Shown here: piece after piece, positions 12,593-25,252 of the stretch
Layout: every line of letters begins with the position of its first letter
Position numbering within the stretch: the first letter of the stretch is position 1
From: Octopus sinensis
Lineage: Eukaryota
Direction of reading: 5' to 3'
Assembly: GCF_006345805.1 (NCBI RefSeq)
Contig: NC_043001.1
Coordinates: 47,430,001-47,494,000, forward strand
Length of the DNA stretch: 64,000 nt
Notes under the pieces: model-generated
Told to the model about the DNA's origin: nothing
Database searches by the model: none
What the model saw: the letters and a program-made list of their open reading frames with translations, nothing else
Program-made: the position numbers and the translations under genes

Positions 12593-13280
12593 GACTTTGC
12601 CGAGTGAAAAAAAATGTTTGAAGTTATAGATGCGACAGCTTTAAACGATGGGATATCTGTGCTCCTGTAATTTTATTAGTGGTGTGTTGAGGGCACTTTA
12701 AATCGGAGGGAAATAAATTAATTCGAAACCGTACGGCATGTTTTCATATGTATGTATGTGTCTGTCTGTCTGTATGTATTTGAGTGTGTATGTGTGCGTA
12801 TGTATTTATCTATGTATGTATATACGTACGTATTTATGAATGTATGTATGTATATACGTACGTATGTATGTATGTATGTATGTATGTATGTATGTATGTA
12901 CGTATGTATGTATGTGTGTGTGTATGTATGTATGTATTGTATCTGCGTGTATACATGTGTGTGTGTGTGTGTGTGAGTGTGTGTGTGTGCGTGTGTATGT
13001 ATGCATGTGTGTATGTATGTGTTTGTCTTGGGTATGACTTTAAACTACATCTAGTCGTGGGGCTCTAGTTTTGAGTGGTCGGAACCACTTCTTAGCCACT
13101 ATTATTCCCTGGTTTCCTCTGACCCGAAGCAGTAGCACCTGTTACACTGAATGGCCATGTGAGAGGTCATGGTCGGAAAGTCAGAAATGTCGTTGACAAT
13201 GAGGAACCACAAGGAGACGGCGATCATCTGTAAAGTTGGATCATTCACCATGTATGCGTGTATATGTATGTATATATGTT

Positions 13281-13309
13281 GCCACAATACAATAATAATA
13301 ATAATGATA

Positions 13310-13351
<42 letters not shown>

Positions 13352-13522
13352 TAATAATAATAGTTGGATCCACAACACAATAATATAATATGATAATAAT
13401 AATATAATAATAATAATAATAATAATATAATAATATAATAATAATAAAAATTATAATAATAATAATTGTAATAATAATAATAATAATATAATAATACTAT
13501 AATAAACAATAATAATAATAAA
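13281..13522. repeat. (TAA)n microsatellite array
   Basis: Long imperfect TAA run; further TAA runs at 13914-13955, 14079-14147 and 14236-14293. Confidence 0.97.
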
Positions 13523-13913
13523 TGTCCTGATGCAGTAGGCTGACGATATGTGCATCTCTGATCACGAGCAGAAGTAGTGGGGGAGCATCATAGCCATGTG
13601 TTGAGAGGGATTCTTTGGGGTTTGAATAATTCACCTCTGGAAACATGGGTGGTTCTTTCAACATCCTTAAACAACCCTTATTCAGAGACCCTTTGAGCGG
13701 GATGGGCTACTCAACCTGAAGAAAATTCTAACTGGGCCCCACCTGCAAGGTCATGTGCTGTTTATCTTGATATGAGATCACCATGTCGCGCACATATGGT
13801 TGTAATGCATGTGCCTGGTGTACCCTTATCAGGCAGGTAGTCATGATGGGTATATTGGGCTTCGTATATTTTACCCCAGTGTCACTTTGATGGCATGAAT
13901 TACACTCTCACTC
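13523..13913. mobile_element. Non-coding interspersed element inserted within a TAA array (possibly Dong/R4-related)
   Basis: 391 bp of complex sequence flanked directly by (TAA)n on both sides; TAA-repeat targeting is known for Dong (R4 clade); orientation not determined. Confidence 0.55.
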
Positions 13914-13959
<46 letters not shown>

Positions 13960-14076
13960 TTTACCACAGGGGCAGCTTGGGGGTGGTGGTGATGAGTAGA
14001 TTACATCGACCCCAGTGTTCAAATGGTACTTATTTTATTGACCCCGAAAGAATGAAAGGCAAAGTCGACCTCGGCG

Positions 14077-14145
<69 letters not shown>

Positions 14146-14234
14146 CAACGTGAACTTCCAACCTGTTGTCTCTTGAGGTCTCTGGGTGAGACTTGGAGCC
14201 AACTTGTACAAACATAAAGCAAAAGTCAAACATA

Positions 14235-14275
<41 letters not shown>

Positions 14276-15045
14276 TAATAATAATAATAATAAAATGACA
14301 ATATAAAAGTACCACTTGTCCTATAAACAAGGGACCGCGAATTCAGGCTTTGTTGCATGCGGCTTCTGACAAACCTGGATTTCCGGAAGGTAGGCTTAAC
14401 ACACTACCTAGTTCCTTCTACATGGTCGTACAAATTAGGTAAAAATAACAGCTGTGTCTCACTCAGATCGTAACGTTTCGTTTTAAGTCGAAAGACCTCT
14501 ACCTGAAATATGATGTTTGCTCATCCCTCTGGTGTAACCAAACTTATTAACACAGGAAATAAATAGATCAAGAAAGACGTGTAGAAAGACATGTACGTCA
14601 CGGCTGGAACGACTCTGGTCATAGGCTTGGTCATTCAGTGATGACAACAGTAACACAAATTGCTTTCTTTCCCCCTTAAACCATAGATAATGAGGATGAG
14701 CATCGATCACATCGAACTGACCTGACTAAGGAGGGTAACACTCAGATGCTACGAAGCACACGAGTACGATGTCTCCTTTAAGTAACTATAAAACAGTTAG
14801 ATAAATAAAAATATAGAATGAATGATATAGCAACAAAACAGCTGTAGGTGGCTAATAATGCTGAGTATATACAAAATAACAGGAACCTTTTACCCTTTGG
14901 TTACTTGTTCTGTATTCTGACAATGAATTCAGATGTGTACCACACACACACACACAAATGATTGCATGTATGTATAGATGGATAGATGGATGTGTGCATG
15001 CATGCATTTAAGTATGTATATGTAACACCTTGGACAAGTACATTC

Positions 15046-15415
15046 AATTATAGCTATGGGCCTTGTGATTGAATTTGGCAGACGGAAACTGAAAGAAGGC
15101 CGTCTTATGTGTGTGTGCGTATGTATGTATGTATGTATGTATGTATGTATGTATGTATGTATGTATGTATGTATGTATGTATGTATGTATGTCTTTGTGT
15201 TTGTGTCTCAACGCCGCTTGACAACCGGTGTTAGTGTGTTCAAGTTCGCGTAGGTTAGCGGTTAGGTGAAAAGCGGATGACAATATGTACCAGACTTACC
15301 AAAATAAAAAAATAAAAAATCTACTGGTGTCTATTTTTTCGAGAACAGACTTTGAAGGACGGTGCCCCGAGATGGTCGCAGTCCAATGACGGAAACAAGT
15401 AAACGAAAGAGGATA
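15046..15415 (+). mobile_element. Family C SINE, 5'-truncated, internal (TATG)n
   Basis: GACGGAAACTGAAAGAAG, CTTGACAACCGGTG and GACGGAAACAAGTAAA blocks. Confidence 0.85.
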
Positions 15416-15514
15416 AAATTTATATAACTGTGTGAGTGCGTACAAATGTATATATATGTGTGTGTGTATGTATATGTGTGTATGTGTATGTATATGTGTG
15501 TGTGTGTATGTATA

Positions 15515-15553
<39 letters not shown>

Positions 15554-16114
15554 CTATATATACAACAACAACAAACAACAACAATATATATATTTGAATG
15601 TGAGACTGGCCACCACTTATGATTCTTGTCGGTTCATGAACTCCAAGGTGACTACTCAAGCCCGCAAAACGGTTAACACAGATTCATTGCATTGCACCCA
15701 ATGCAGGGCCGTTGCATACACAATAACACTAGCAGTGTTCTTTGATAACCTAGAATTCAAACAAATCCTAACCGTGTGCTGACTAAGTTAAGTTCTAGGC
15801 TCTCTATGTATATTTTATTTCTTTATTTCTTATTTATTTATATATATTTTTGATGGGAGATTTATTTGATTTTTTTCTTTTTGTTATTCATTTGTAGCAT
15901 TCAAGCTGGTTACATACAAAGTGACAAGGCTCTTTTGTTTGAGTCATGCCAGATCTTGGGGTTTTTGTTAACGTCTGAATTGGTTAGTGTGTGCGTATGC
16001 GTGTATGTATATTATGGTTAAATTGGCAATTATGATGTGGGTGTGCATGTATATATTACACACACACAAACATGTATATATATATATGATTATTACTATT
16101 ATTATTATTTTATA

Positions 16115-16160
<46 letters not shown>

Positions 16161-16232
16161 TAATAATAATCATTTAACGTCCGCCTTCCATGCTGGCATG
16201 GATTGGACGGTTTGACAGTAGCCGGCCATATA

Positions 16233-16336
16233 CGAGGAGTGTATGAAAAGTCTTGAGCCTCAAAAGAAACAAAACATGGTATAAAACTTCAAGACTCAAG
16301 GGCCTTGAAGGCTCAAAACTTTTCATACACCCCTCA
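16233..16336. mobile_element. 104-bp mariner-type MITE
   Basis: 28-bp TIRs CGAGGAGTGTATGAAAAGTCTTGAGCCT / AGGCTCAAAACTTTTCATACACCCCTCA (3 mismatches), TA on both sides. Confidence 0.85.
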
Positions 16337-17314
16337 TACACACACATACACACACACACACATACACACATACACACACACACACATATACACATATACA
16401 CACACACACTCACACATGCAGATGCATACACACTGATATATATGGACAAATGCGTACGTGTGTGTGTGTGTGTGTGTGTGCAAGGTACACACACACACAC
16501 ATACAGATGCGTACACAGTTACATATATGGACATATGCATACGTGAGCATGAGTTGTGTGTATGTGTGTGTGTGTGTGTGGTGTCTCTGTGTGTGTGTGT
16601 GTGTGCATATGTGTGCGTGTGAGCCTGTGTGCATTGCTTGTCAACGAAACCTTGTAACCACCGGTATCTCAAGTAAGCACCGAATATTTAGGCGCAGTGT
16701 ATTATATCGTTTGTATGTATGTATGTATGTGTGTATGTATGTATGTATGTATGTATGTGTGTATGTATGTATGTATGTATGTATGTATGTATGTATGTAT
16801 GTATGTATGTATGTATGTATGTATGTATGTATGTATGTATGTGTGTGTGTATGTATGTATGTATGAATGTATGTATGGATGTATGTAAGAAGATCTAAAG
16901 AATGGGTTCTGTTTGTCGGTTTGTTTTTTACTTGTGAGAAAGAAAAACCAACAACAGCGTTTATGACGTGATACAGCGTTGAAGGAGAGACAAGCGCTCC
17001 ACAGGCTGCAAAGAGAGAGATAGAGGGAGTAGGATAGGACAGTAAAATAGAAATAAACAGAAGACGTAATTGTAGAAAATGAATGTTTTTCGTACTCACC
17101 TTATATTCTTTTGGAGAGCTTTTTAAAGTAAAATCCAAGATCCGAGGGAAATTGTACGCCTTAGTATGTATGTACAAATTACACAGTAATTTTGTCTCGC
17201 AGTAGATGTTGCTTAGAAGCCGTTAAGTATCAATACAGTGTCACCTGCATGTAAATAAAGGGAGATAACTATAGTATATTATTTTAATAATGTACTTCCT
17301 TCTATCCTCCCACT

Positions 17315-17414
17315 NNNNNNNNNNNNNNNNNNNNNNNNNNNNNNNNNNNNNNNNNNNNNNNNNNNNNNNNNNNNNNNNNNNNNNNNNNNNNNNNNNNNNN
17401 NNNNNNNNNNNNNN
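17315..17414. other. Assembly gap (100 N)
   Basis: Run of N. Confidence 1.
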
Positions 17415-17735
17415 TATTTTTGTGCATCTACATATACATACATACATACATCACACACAACACACACACCATATACATACATACATACATACATACATAC
17501 ATACATACATACATACATACATACATTCATACATACATACATTTATGCATATTTGTAAGCATGCATTCGTATAATTGTCAATGTTTATCAGAGTTATCGA
17601 TTCTATATATCTACTTATAATGTAGGTAGACAAAGTAAAAGTACATATACACATACATATATATATTTATACGCACACACACACAAACAAACAAACACAC
17701 ACACACACACACACACATACACACACATATATATA

Positions 17736-18144
17736 CTCTTTTACTCTTTTACTTGTTTCAGTCATTTGACTGCTGCCATGCTGGAGCACCGCCTTTAGTC
17801 AAGTAAATCGACCCCGGGACTTATTCTTTGTAAGCCCAGTACTTATTCTATCGGTTTCTTTTGCCGAACCGCTAAGTAACGGGGACGTAAACACACCAGC
17901 ATCGGTTGTCAAGCAATGCTAGGGTGACAAATACAGACACACAAACACGCACACATATATATACATACTTATACATATATACGACAGGCTTCTTTCAGTT
18001 TCCGTCTACCAAATCCACTCACAAGGCATTGGTAGGCCCGGGGCTATAGCAGAAGACACTTGCCCAAGATGCCACGCAGTAAGACTGAACCCGGAACCAT
18101 GTGGTTGGTTAGCAAGCTACTTACCACACAGCCAATCCTGCGCC
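17736..18144 (-). mobile_element. Family C SINE, full length, little diverged
   Basis: Complete head, CORE, internal microsatellite and (CTCTTTTA)n tail; TA-rich flanks. Confidence 0.93.
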
Positions 18145-18640
18145 TATATGTGCACAAAACACGAATAATTTAGATTCGCTGTAAATCTGGACCTACAAAA
18201 CTTTCCCGATCACCTGGGCTGAGAATCGAACCGATAGATTTCATTATTTACTTAGCTCTCTGACTTTTCTGTAAACCGACAGACAAAAAAAAAAAAGAGT
18301 TTAAATATAGCAGCAGAGAGAAAGAGAAATAGAGGAAGCTGTGGAAAGGAGAACGGGAGTGGAGAGCCAGAAAGATGCGACGGCGGTGGATGCGAATAAG
18401 ATACGAACACAGATACATACTAAAATACATACAAACATACATACATACATACATACATACTACATACATATACTCTCGCTGATGCATGCATACATACAAA
18501 AAGATAGAGATGGAAAGACTGATCGAAAGGACAGGAACATTTGCTTGAATAGATGAAAGAACAGAGGGAAACAGACATTCAGCGACCGACACACGAGTAG
18601 AAGGATAGGCGGACAGGGCGGAGAGAAGGATAATAGCTAG

Positions 18641-18641
18641 C

Positions 18642-18694
<53 letters not shown>

Positions 18695-18883
18695 GGATTG
18701 GCTGGATGATGGATGGATGGATGGATGGATGGATGGATGGATGGATGGATGGATGGATTATAGATAGATCGATAGATAGATAGATAGATGAATGGATAGA
18801 TGGATACATAGATAGATAGACAGACAGATAGATAGTCAGATAGATAGGTTCACGGATGGATGGATAGATGAATGGATGGATAA

Positions 18884-18920
<37 letters not shown>

Positions 18921-18928
18921 TAGGTAGG

Positions 18929-19010
<82 letters not shown>
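18641..19010. repeat. Compound tetranucleotide array (TAGA/TGGA/CAGA)n
   Basis: Alternating perfect and imperfect blocks. Confidence 0.97.
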
Positions 19011-19325
19011 CGAAAATAATCACCATGGATTTGTGTGTATACGAAGTTTGCCAGTTGTGTTCCAGTTAGATTTTTACGTCTAAACTAAACAGATCTAAAC
19101 TGGGTCAAATGATGTATTGGAAATGTGTAGATCAATGAAGAAAACTGCAGTTAAAAACAGTGCAAGTTGATGCAGTGACGGAAAATAGCCACTCCCATTT
19201 CCCTTTGTCCATTGAGGCTAACGACCGCGTTCTTTCTTTCTTTCTCTCCCTTTTTCCTTCTGTGACTTTTGTCATTTACGCATGTGTGAATGTGCGTACA
19301 TTCGTATATCACATCGTTTCTTTCT

Positions 19326-19385
<60 letters not shown>

Positions 19386-19394
19386 ACACACAGA

Positions 19395-19582
19395 GGCAAG
19401 TGCAAGCATGGTTGTGTGGTAAGAAGCTTGCTTCCCAACCACATGGTTCCGGGTTCAGTCCCACTGCGTGGTACTTGGGCAAGTGTCTTCTGCTATAGTC
19501 TCGAGCCGACCAAAGCCTTGTGAGTAGATTTGATAGACGGAAACTGAAAGAAGTCCGTCCTATATATACATACATACATACA

Positions 19583-19645
<63 letters not shown>

Positions 19646-19925
19646 GGCGCAGGAGTGGCAGTGTGGTAAGTAGCTGAAAGAAGCCTGTCGTATATATGTA
19701 TATATGTATATATATGCATGTGTGTGTGTGTTTGTGTTTGTCCCCCTAGCATTGCTTGACAACCGATGCTGGTGTGTTTTTGTCCCCGTTACTTAGCGGT
19801 TCGGCAAAAGAGACCGATAGAATAAGTACTGGGCTTACAAAAGAATAAGTCCCGGGGGTCGAGTTGCTCGATTAAAGGCGGTGCTCCAACATGGTTGCAG
19901 TCAAATGACTGAAACAAGTAAAATA
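19395..19925 (+). mobile_element. Two nested or tandem family C SINEs, second copy internally deleted
   Basis: Head at 19395; second head GGCGCAGGAGTGGCAGTGTGGTAAGTAG at 19646 jumps directly to CTGAAAGAAG, then a full 3' half. Confidence 0.88.
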
Positions 19926-19929
19926 TATA

Positions 19930-19970
<41 letters not shown>

Positions 19971-21690
19971 TTATATCTATAATACATATATATATATATA
20001 TATTACATATATATATATATATAGGTATGTGTGTGTGTAAATAATCTGCAAAAAACACGACATTAAAATACATGTAATATAGTAATTATAATTGCATGGA
20101 ACAGTAGAGTTTCGTCTGAACCTGGTTACGTGCAATGAAACGATTCGGCGCAGCTGTTTGGATGCAGCGATTTGGCTCAGGTCACTGTACATTTAGGCTA
20201 TTTTAGCAACAGTACTTTTTGGTGCAGGAGGCAGACATCACAAACACACGTGCGCGCACCCAGAAATATACACTTACAGATGGAAAGTGTATATTTTCTT
20301 CTCTCTCTCTCCCTCTCTTTCTCTCATAGAGAGAGAAAAAGAGTGAAGAGAGAGACACTACAATTCATTAATTGAACATGATTGACATAAACAGTATTTC
20401 TCTCTTCATAAAAAACAAAGAGAAATATGCTCACACATATAAAGAAAATAAGTGAGAGAGGGAGGGATAGAAAGAGAGAGAGAGAGAGAGAGAGAGAAGG
20501 AGGGATAAAACGAGAAAATGATTAAAGCGTCTGATGTTAAATAAATTATCGTCAAATCAGCGACACCAAATAAGCAGTGCCAACACGGCTTAGCCAAAAC
20601 GGCTAAGCGAAACCGTCTCATAAGCCCTGGATACTGGTGGGCAATGAATGTATAACTGTTGCTGATATCATGAGTGATTGCTATATATAAATGGGAGGTC
20701 ACATAAAGGTAGGTACTTTGGCTACCAATTGGATGCTGTTAAAGGTGAGAAAGAAAGATAGAAAGAGAGGAAAGAAAAGGATATTAAGTATTTGAGTCTG
20801 AAATGAAATTAGCTCGCTGGTATCTGTCATTTTCAGTGAAGTCTTAACAGACAAAGAATTTGAGAGCTGTCACGTGAGTATAACTGTAGGTATATGAAAT
20901 CCTTGGAACGTGGAAAGCGGATATACCTATTGAAAATTTTACTACCGTTAACTGCTTCAAGCAGTCTTACCCCAACGGCTTTGAGAAAAAAGAAAACAAA
21001 AACAAAAAACAAAGAAAACCAATAAACCTCTCTTTATGCTACGAGAAGCGAAGACATCCCTAGTGACACTTTTTTTTTTTACAAAAGACAGTTTTTCAGA
21101 TTTTCTTAAATTTTCTCCCACATATTTCATAAAAATATCTCTTTACAGGGCGAGAATAAATACTTTTAGTGGTGGCTATGAAAACCGAACCTTCCAGAGA
21201 TTCTGAAAAAAATATTGCAGAAACCGAAAATATCGATTCTAAAGTTTCGGTGAATAATTAACATCATTACGAGAATTATCGTCAAATCTGATTATGCAAC
21301 TAAAGGGTTAGCAGACATTTGGCAAACTTCAACAAAGCTGAACGTGAGTCAGTTCAAGGAAACATGACTGTAGTATTTGCAGAAGGGTTCACCTTCTACT
21401 AGTACTATACAATCAATACTACTTGTCTCGTGGTTCAGTGACTGTGATTAAGTTGATTATTAGCCTCTCCTCAATTCAATTTTGTTTTCGGATTGAAGCT
21501 GTTATGTAGCTAGGCACCCAGTAGCAGTAAAAATATAACCTATAACAGAAGGGACTCAGTGAATCTAACGGTCATTCATACCGGTGGAGGTGACATGCAC
21601 CATCAAGTTATTTTTCTCTCGAAACATATTGCCGTGCACCTGCCGCCCCTTACACTATGGATTTTAGACGATGGTTGAGAGTAGAAGAAA

Positions 21691-21770
21691 ATGAATGAGG
21701 TTAAATCGGTGAGCTGGAAGATAATTTTGTACTGCCTGCTTGCGTTTTCCCAAGGGGCTGGGGGCTACAG
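21691..21770 (+). CDS. Candidate first coding exon with signal-peptide-like sequence (unverified)
   Basis: ATG in A-rich context; MNEVKSVSWKIILYCLLAFSQGAGGY; ends AG|GTTCGT (phase 2). Confidence 0.3.
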
Positions 21771-21846
21771 GTTCGTTATAATAAAAGTGGTTTCAGTTCA
21801 AGATATGCGAGTGAACAAAAAAGATGCAATGATAACTGACATATTA

Positions 21847-22295
21847 CTCTTTTGCTCTTTTACTTGTTTCAGTAATTACACTGCGGCCATTCTGGGGTAC
21901 CGCCTCGAAGAATTTTTGTCGAATGACTTTTTTAAATATTTTAAAGTCAGGTACTTATTCTATTGGTCACTTTTGCCGAACGGGTAAGTTACAGGGACGT
22001 AAACACACCAACACCGGTTGTCAAGCGATGGTGACACACATTTGACGACTATAATTCTACTATACATATATATGTGTGTGTGTCTGTCTATGTGTGTGTA
22101 TGTGTGTGTATGTGTATGTGTGTGTGTATGCGTGTGTATGTGTGTACGATGGGCTTCTTTCAGTTTCCGTCTACCAAATCCACTCACAAGACTTAGGTTG
22201 ACTCAAGGCTATAGTAGAAGAGTCTTGCCCAAGAGATGAACTTGGAACCATGTGGTTGGGAAACAAGCTTCTTATCACACAGTCATTCCTGCGGC
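21847..22295 (-). mobile_element. Family C SINE
   Basis: Head, CORE remnant, internal (TG)n and tail on minus strand. Confidence 0.88.
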
Positions 22296-22445
22296 TATGC
22301 GAAAAAAAAATTATAATTTGCCTAATCATGGTTCAGAAATTCTCCTTGATAGATTAGTTGAAGACTAGAAAATGCCTACATTGCTTCTGAAACGTTCAAG
22401 CCAATACTTAGCCAAACTAGAACACTTTTCCACTTCCTAACGAAG

Positions 22446-22474
22446 GACCATGAACAGGGAGCCAAATGCTCTAG
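22446..22474 (+). other. Candidate 29-nt exon
   Basis: CTTTTCCACTTCCTAACGAAG| acceptor and CTAG|GTAAAG donor; keeps frame between 21691-21770 and 22955. Confidence 0.3.
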
Positions 22475-22954
22475 GTAAAGACGTCCTTCATCTACCAGTA
22501 CCCCTTTGTAGAGTCTCATTAGCCTATACCAAGATTCGAGCAATTAAAAAGAATTCCCAGATGGTGAACGGATTTACTTGGGCTACGAAACTATACCTTC
22601 CCGTAAATAATTGATTTGATAAAGTCGAAATTTTCATCAATACAAGAGGCAGTAAGTAGACAGCTGTATGTTTGCCAGACACTGAAAACATAGTGAAACA
22701 TCTACACTAGTATCCTATAGCGATTTAAAAAGACGCATCAGTGGTAATGTCCTCTTGCGCACTCTTGACGTTACGACGGAATGTAGTCCACTATGTTTAA
22801 TGTAAAACATCCATTTAGATATTACAAAACATGGTAGTCTTGTAATGCTATCAGCAGACATTTACATTGCTGTGTATTTTTCTTTTTAGTTTGGAATTTT
22901 GATTTTCCTACCTTCCTTCCTTCCTTTCTTCTTTCCTTTATTTTATGTCATCAG

Positions 22955-23142
22955 TAGCGTTGTTGGTTACGTGTTCCCAACAAGCCAATGAGTGGTTCAC
23001 TATATTTGTGACAGCGAGAGTGATAAAGAAGTGGTCGTTCCAATTTGGGAAAGAACAAACAGCACAAGAGACTTCCGTTCGAAAGAAAATGACCGTTTTG
23101 TCGGTTTTTTTTTGTTCCAACAGTGTTTACATCCTTCGCTAA
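22955..23142 (+). other. Candidate exon after a strong acceptor
   Basis: ~50-nt polypyrimidine tract plus CAG at 22952-22954; phase-1 frame open to TAA at 23140; no strong donor found. Confidence 0.25.
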
Positions 23143-23939
23143 TATGTGTATGGGCACACGCACACACGCTCACACAAGTAGACACATACATATACACACA
23201 CATTTATATACATACATACATAAATACATGCATGCATGCACGCATACATACATATACACATTCATAAACATATTTGGTTGGTATTTAGTTGGACATTTTG
23301 AAGAAGCCAGTATGTGTGTGTGTATGCGCGCGCGCGCATTCATGCATGAATTGCGCACAATTTTCATCTAAATGTCAATCAAGTTCCATTGATTATCTCG
23401 TGGCTATAGCATGAGGCACATGCCCAACGTGCCGTGTTGAGGAATCAACCCGGAACTATGTGATTACGAAGCAAACTTTTGAACCATACTACTACGCCTA
23501 TATTCATCGTGTTTTCGTGTGGAAACATGTATGATTGATTATACAATAATACATTTATTAATTATTGAAGTAACAGTTTGCATAGACTGTCGAGCAAAAT
23601 GGCTCGCTGTATTTAATTACGTCCTTTTACACTCTGTGTACTAATCCTGGTGGGAAAACATTGACACCCAGCCATATGAAATCGCTTTTCTGTGACTTTA
23701 TGTCAACGTATGAAGAAATCATTGATGTTGATAATTTGTATTATAAACGATTTCTTTTCATCATTGGCACACATATAGAGATTGTAGTTAAATATATTAC
23801 TACTACTGACAATCATCATCATAAATTGTTTACAATTTTAGTGCAAGGCAAAACTTAGTACTGATAAGGAACACGAATATATATAAAAGAAAAACTGGTG
23901 GCCTTTATCGCATAAAAAGGAATCATTAAAACAGAGAGT

Positions 23940-24890
23940 GAAGATTACAGACTCAGCACATTCAAAGTGCCATAAAATTTTTTTGGGGACTTGGAGACAA
24001 GCAAAATAATGAAGGAAACTTTGTCCAGTGATCTGAGAAGCCCAAGTACAAGGGCTATCAGGATGGCCCAAAGGAACCTGCATATTGTATGGCGGCCGAG
24101 TATCCCGGCTCCCAGGAACACCAAATGGTATCTCGTTTCATTTTCTCTTCCTTTTCTACTAATAGGGCAGTTCAGAGAGTGGGTGTATAAGTACATGAGG
24201 CCTGCGGTCACTCTCGAAGTAGAGCCGCCCTTTTAATGGTCACAGAGCACTAGCTTTGGGTATAATAGCCATTGGTGAGACCAGGATTTCTGACACACAC
24301 GCGCCTTAGTACATATTCTTAACTTTGAGATCTTCGCAGTTCTTACTCGGACCTGAATGGGTGGTGGGGCAGTGCTGTTTCTACAAGATCGTGGTCCTGG
24401 ACGTGAACAGTCGGTAGAGCCTTTAGACCAGTCGCCGTGTATGCACCAGCTGAGACAGGACGATCGGATTTCTTCAAACCCCGCTGTTTAACACTACTGG
24501 GCGATTGAAACGCCGTCTTTGATGTATGTCTGAATTGTGTGGGATTATCTGGTGGGACAGAGGGTGCAAGAGCCTCGTAAACCTGTTTAGTTATTTACAA
24601 CTGGCTGACAGGTACCTACTAGATTTTCTGAATGCACTAATGGGCAAGCAATATTGGGTCATCCATGTCTTATCTAGACAGAACATTCTGTAAACCAGCA
24701 GATAGGAGTAAGTTGTTCACAATTCAGACTGGTTGGATACATAGAGCACAATTTTGTAATATGCACCGTTGATGTAGATAGGCTGCATAGACAGGGTCCG
24801 GTTACTGTAAACTGAACATGTCTTTGCGGCCGCACTAAGCCTACAGAGATCGGATTAGAGAACCAGTTTAAGAATTTACAGCATCAATCG
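23940..24890 (+). mobile_element. Degenerate L1/Tx1-clade LINE fragment: APE endonuclease domain
   Basis: From 24181 GCIST*GLRSLSK..LALGIIAIGETRIS; then GGGAVLFL, FRPVAVYAP..RSDFFK, LLGD*NAVFD, SYLDR and GYCKLNMSL, the ordered APE/Tx1 motifs with stops and frameshifts. Confidence 0.88.
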
Positions 24891-25021
24891 TCAACAATCA
24901 ATGACGTTTAGCCTTGAAAAGGACTGTCTTTTGTAAGGAAATAGTGCTACAGAAATCTAGAGCAGTGTGAAAGCGAGTTACTTATATAAAAGCCATTTTT
25001 ACACTATATTTACGTTCACAT

Positions 25022-25252
25022 AGGCGGCGAGCTGGCAGAAACGTTAGTGCGCCGGGCGAAATGCTTAGCGGTATTTCGTCTGTCGTTACGTTCTGAGTTC
25101 AAATTCCGCCGAGGTCGACTTTGCCTTTCATCCTTTCGGGGTCGATAAATTAAGTACCAGTTACGCACTGGGGTCGATGTAATCGACTTAATACCTTTGT
25201 CTGTCCTTGTTTGTCCCCTCTATGTTTAGCCCCTTGTGGGTAATAAAGAAAT
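25022..25252 (+). mobile_element. tRNA-derived SINE family D, full-length monomer with TSD
   Basis: AGGCGGCGAGCTGGCAGAAAC head, GAGTTCAAATTCC B-box; ~14-bp TSD TATTTACGT(T/C)CACA at 25007-25020 and 25258-25271. Confidence 0.93.

Noticed and set aside
13523-13913. HDV-like ribozyme expected at R2/R4 5' ends
   Set aside because: Could not build the nested double pseudoknot by eye on the strand examined
20588-20617. 8-bp hairpin followed by GAAACCGTC
   Set aside because: No CUGANGA upstream of the stem; not a hammerhead
22955-23110. Selenoprotein exon
   Set aside because: No Sec-family motif or SECIS recognised; kept only as a speculative recoding idea
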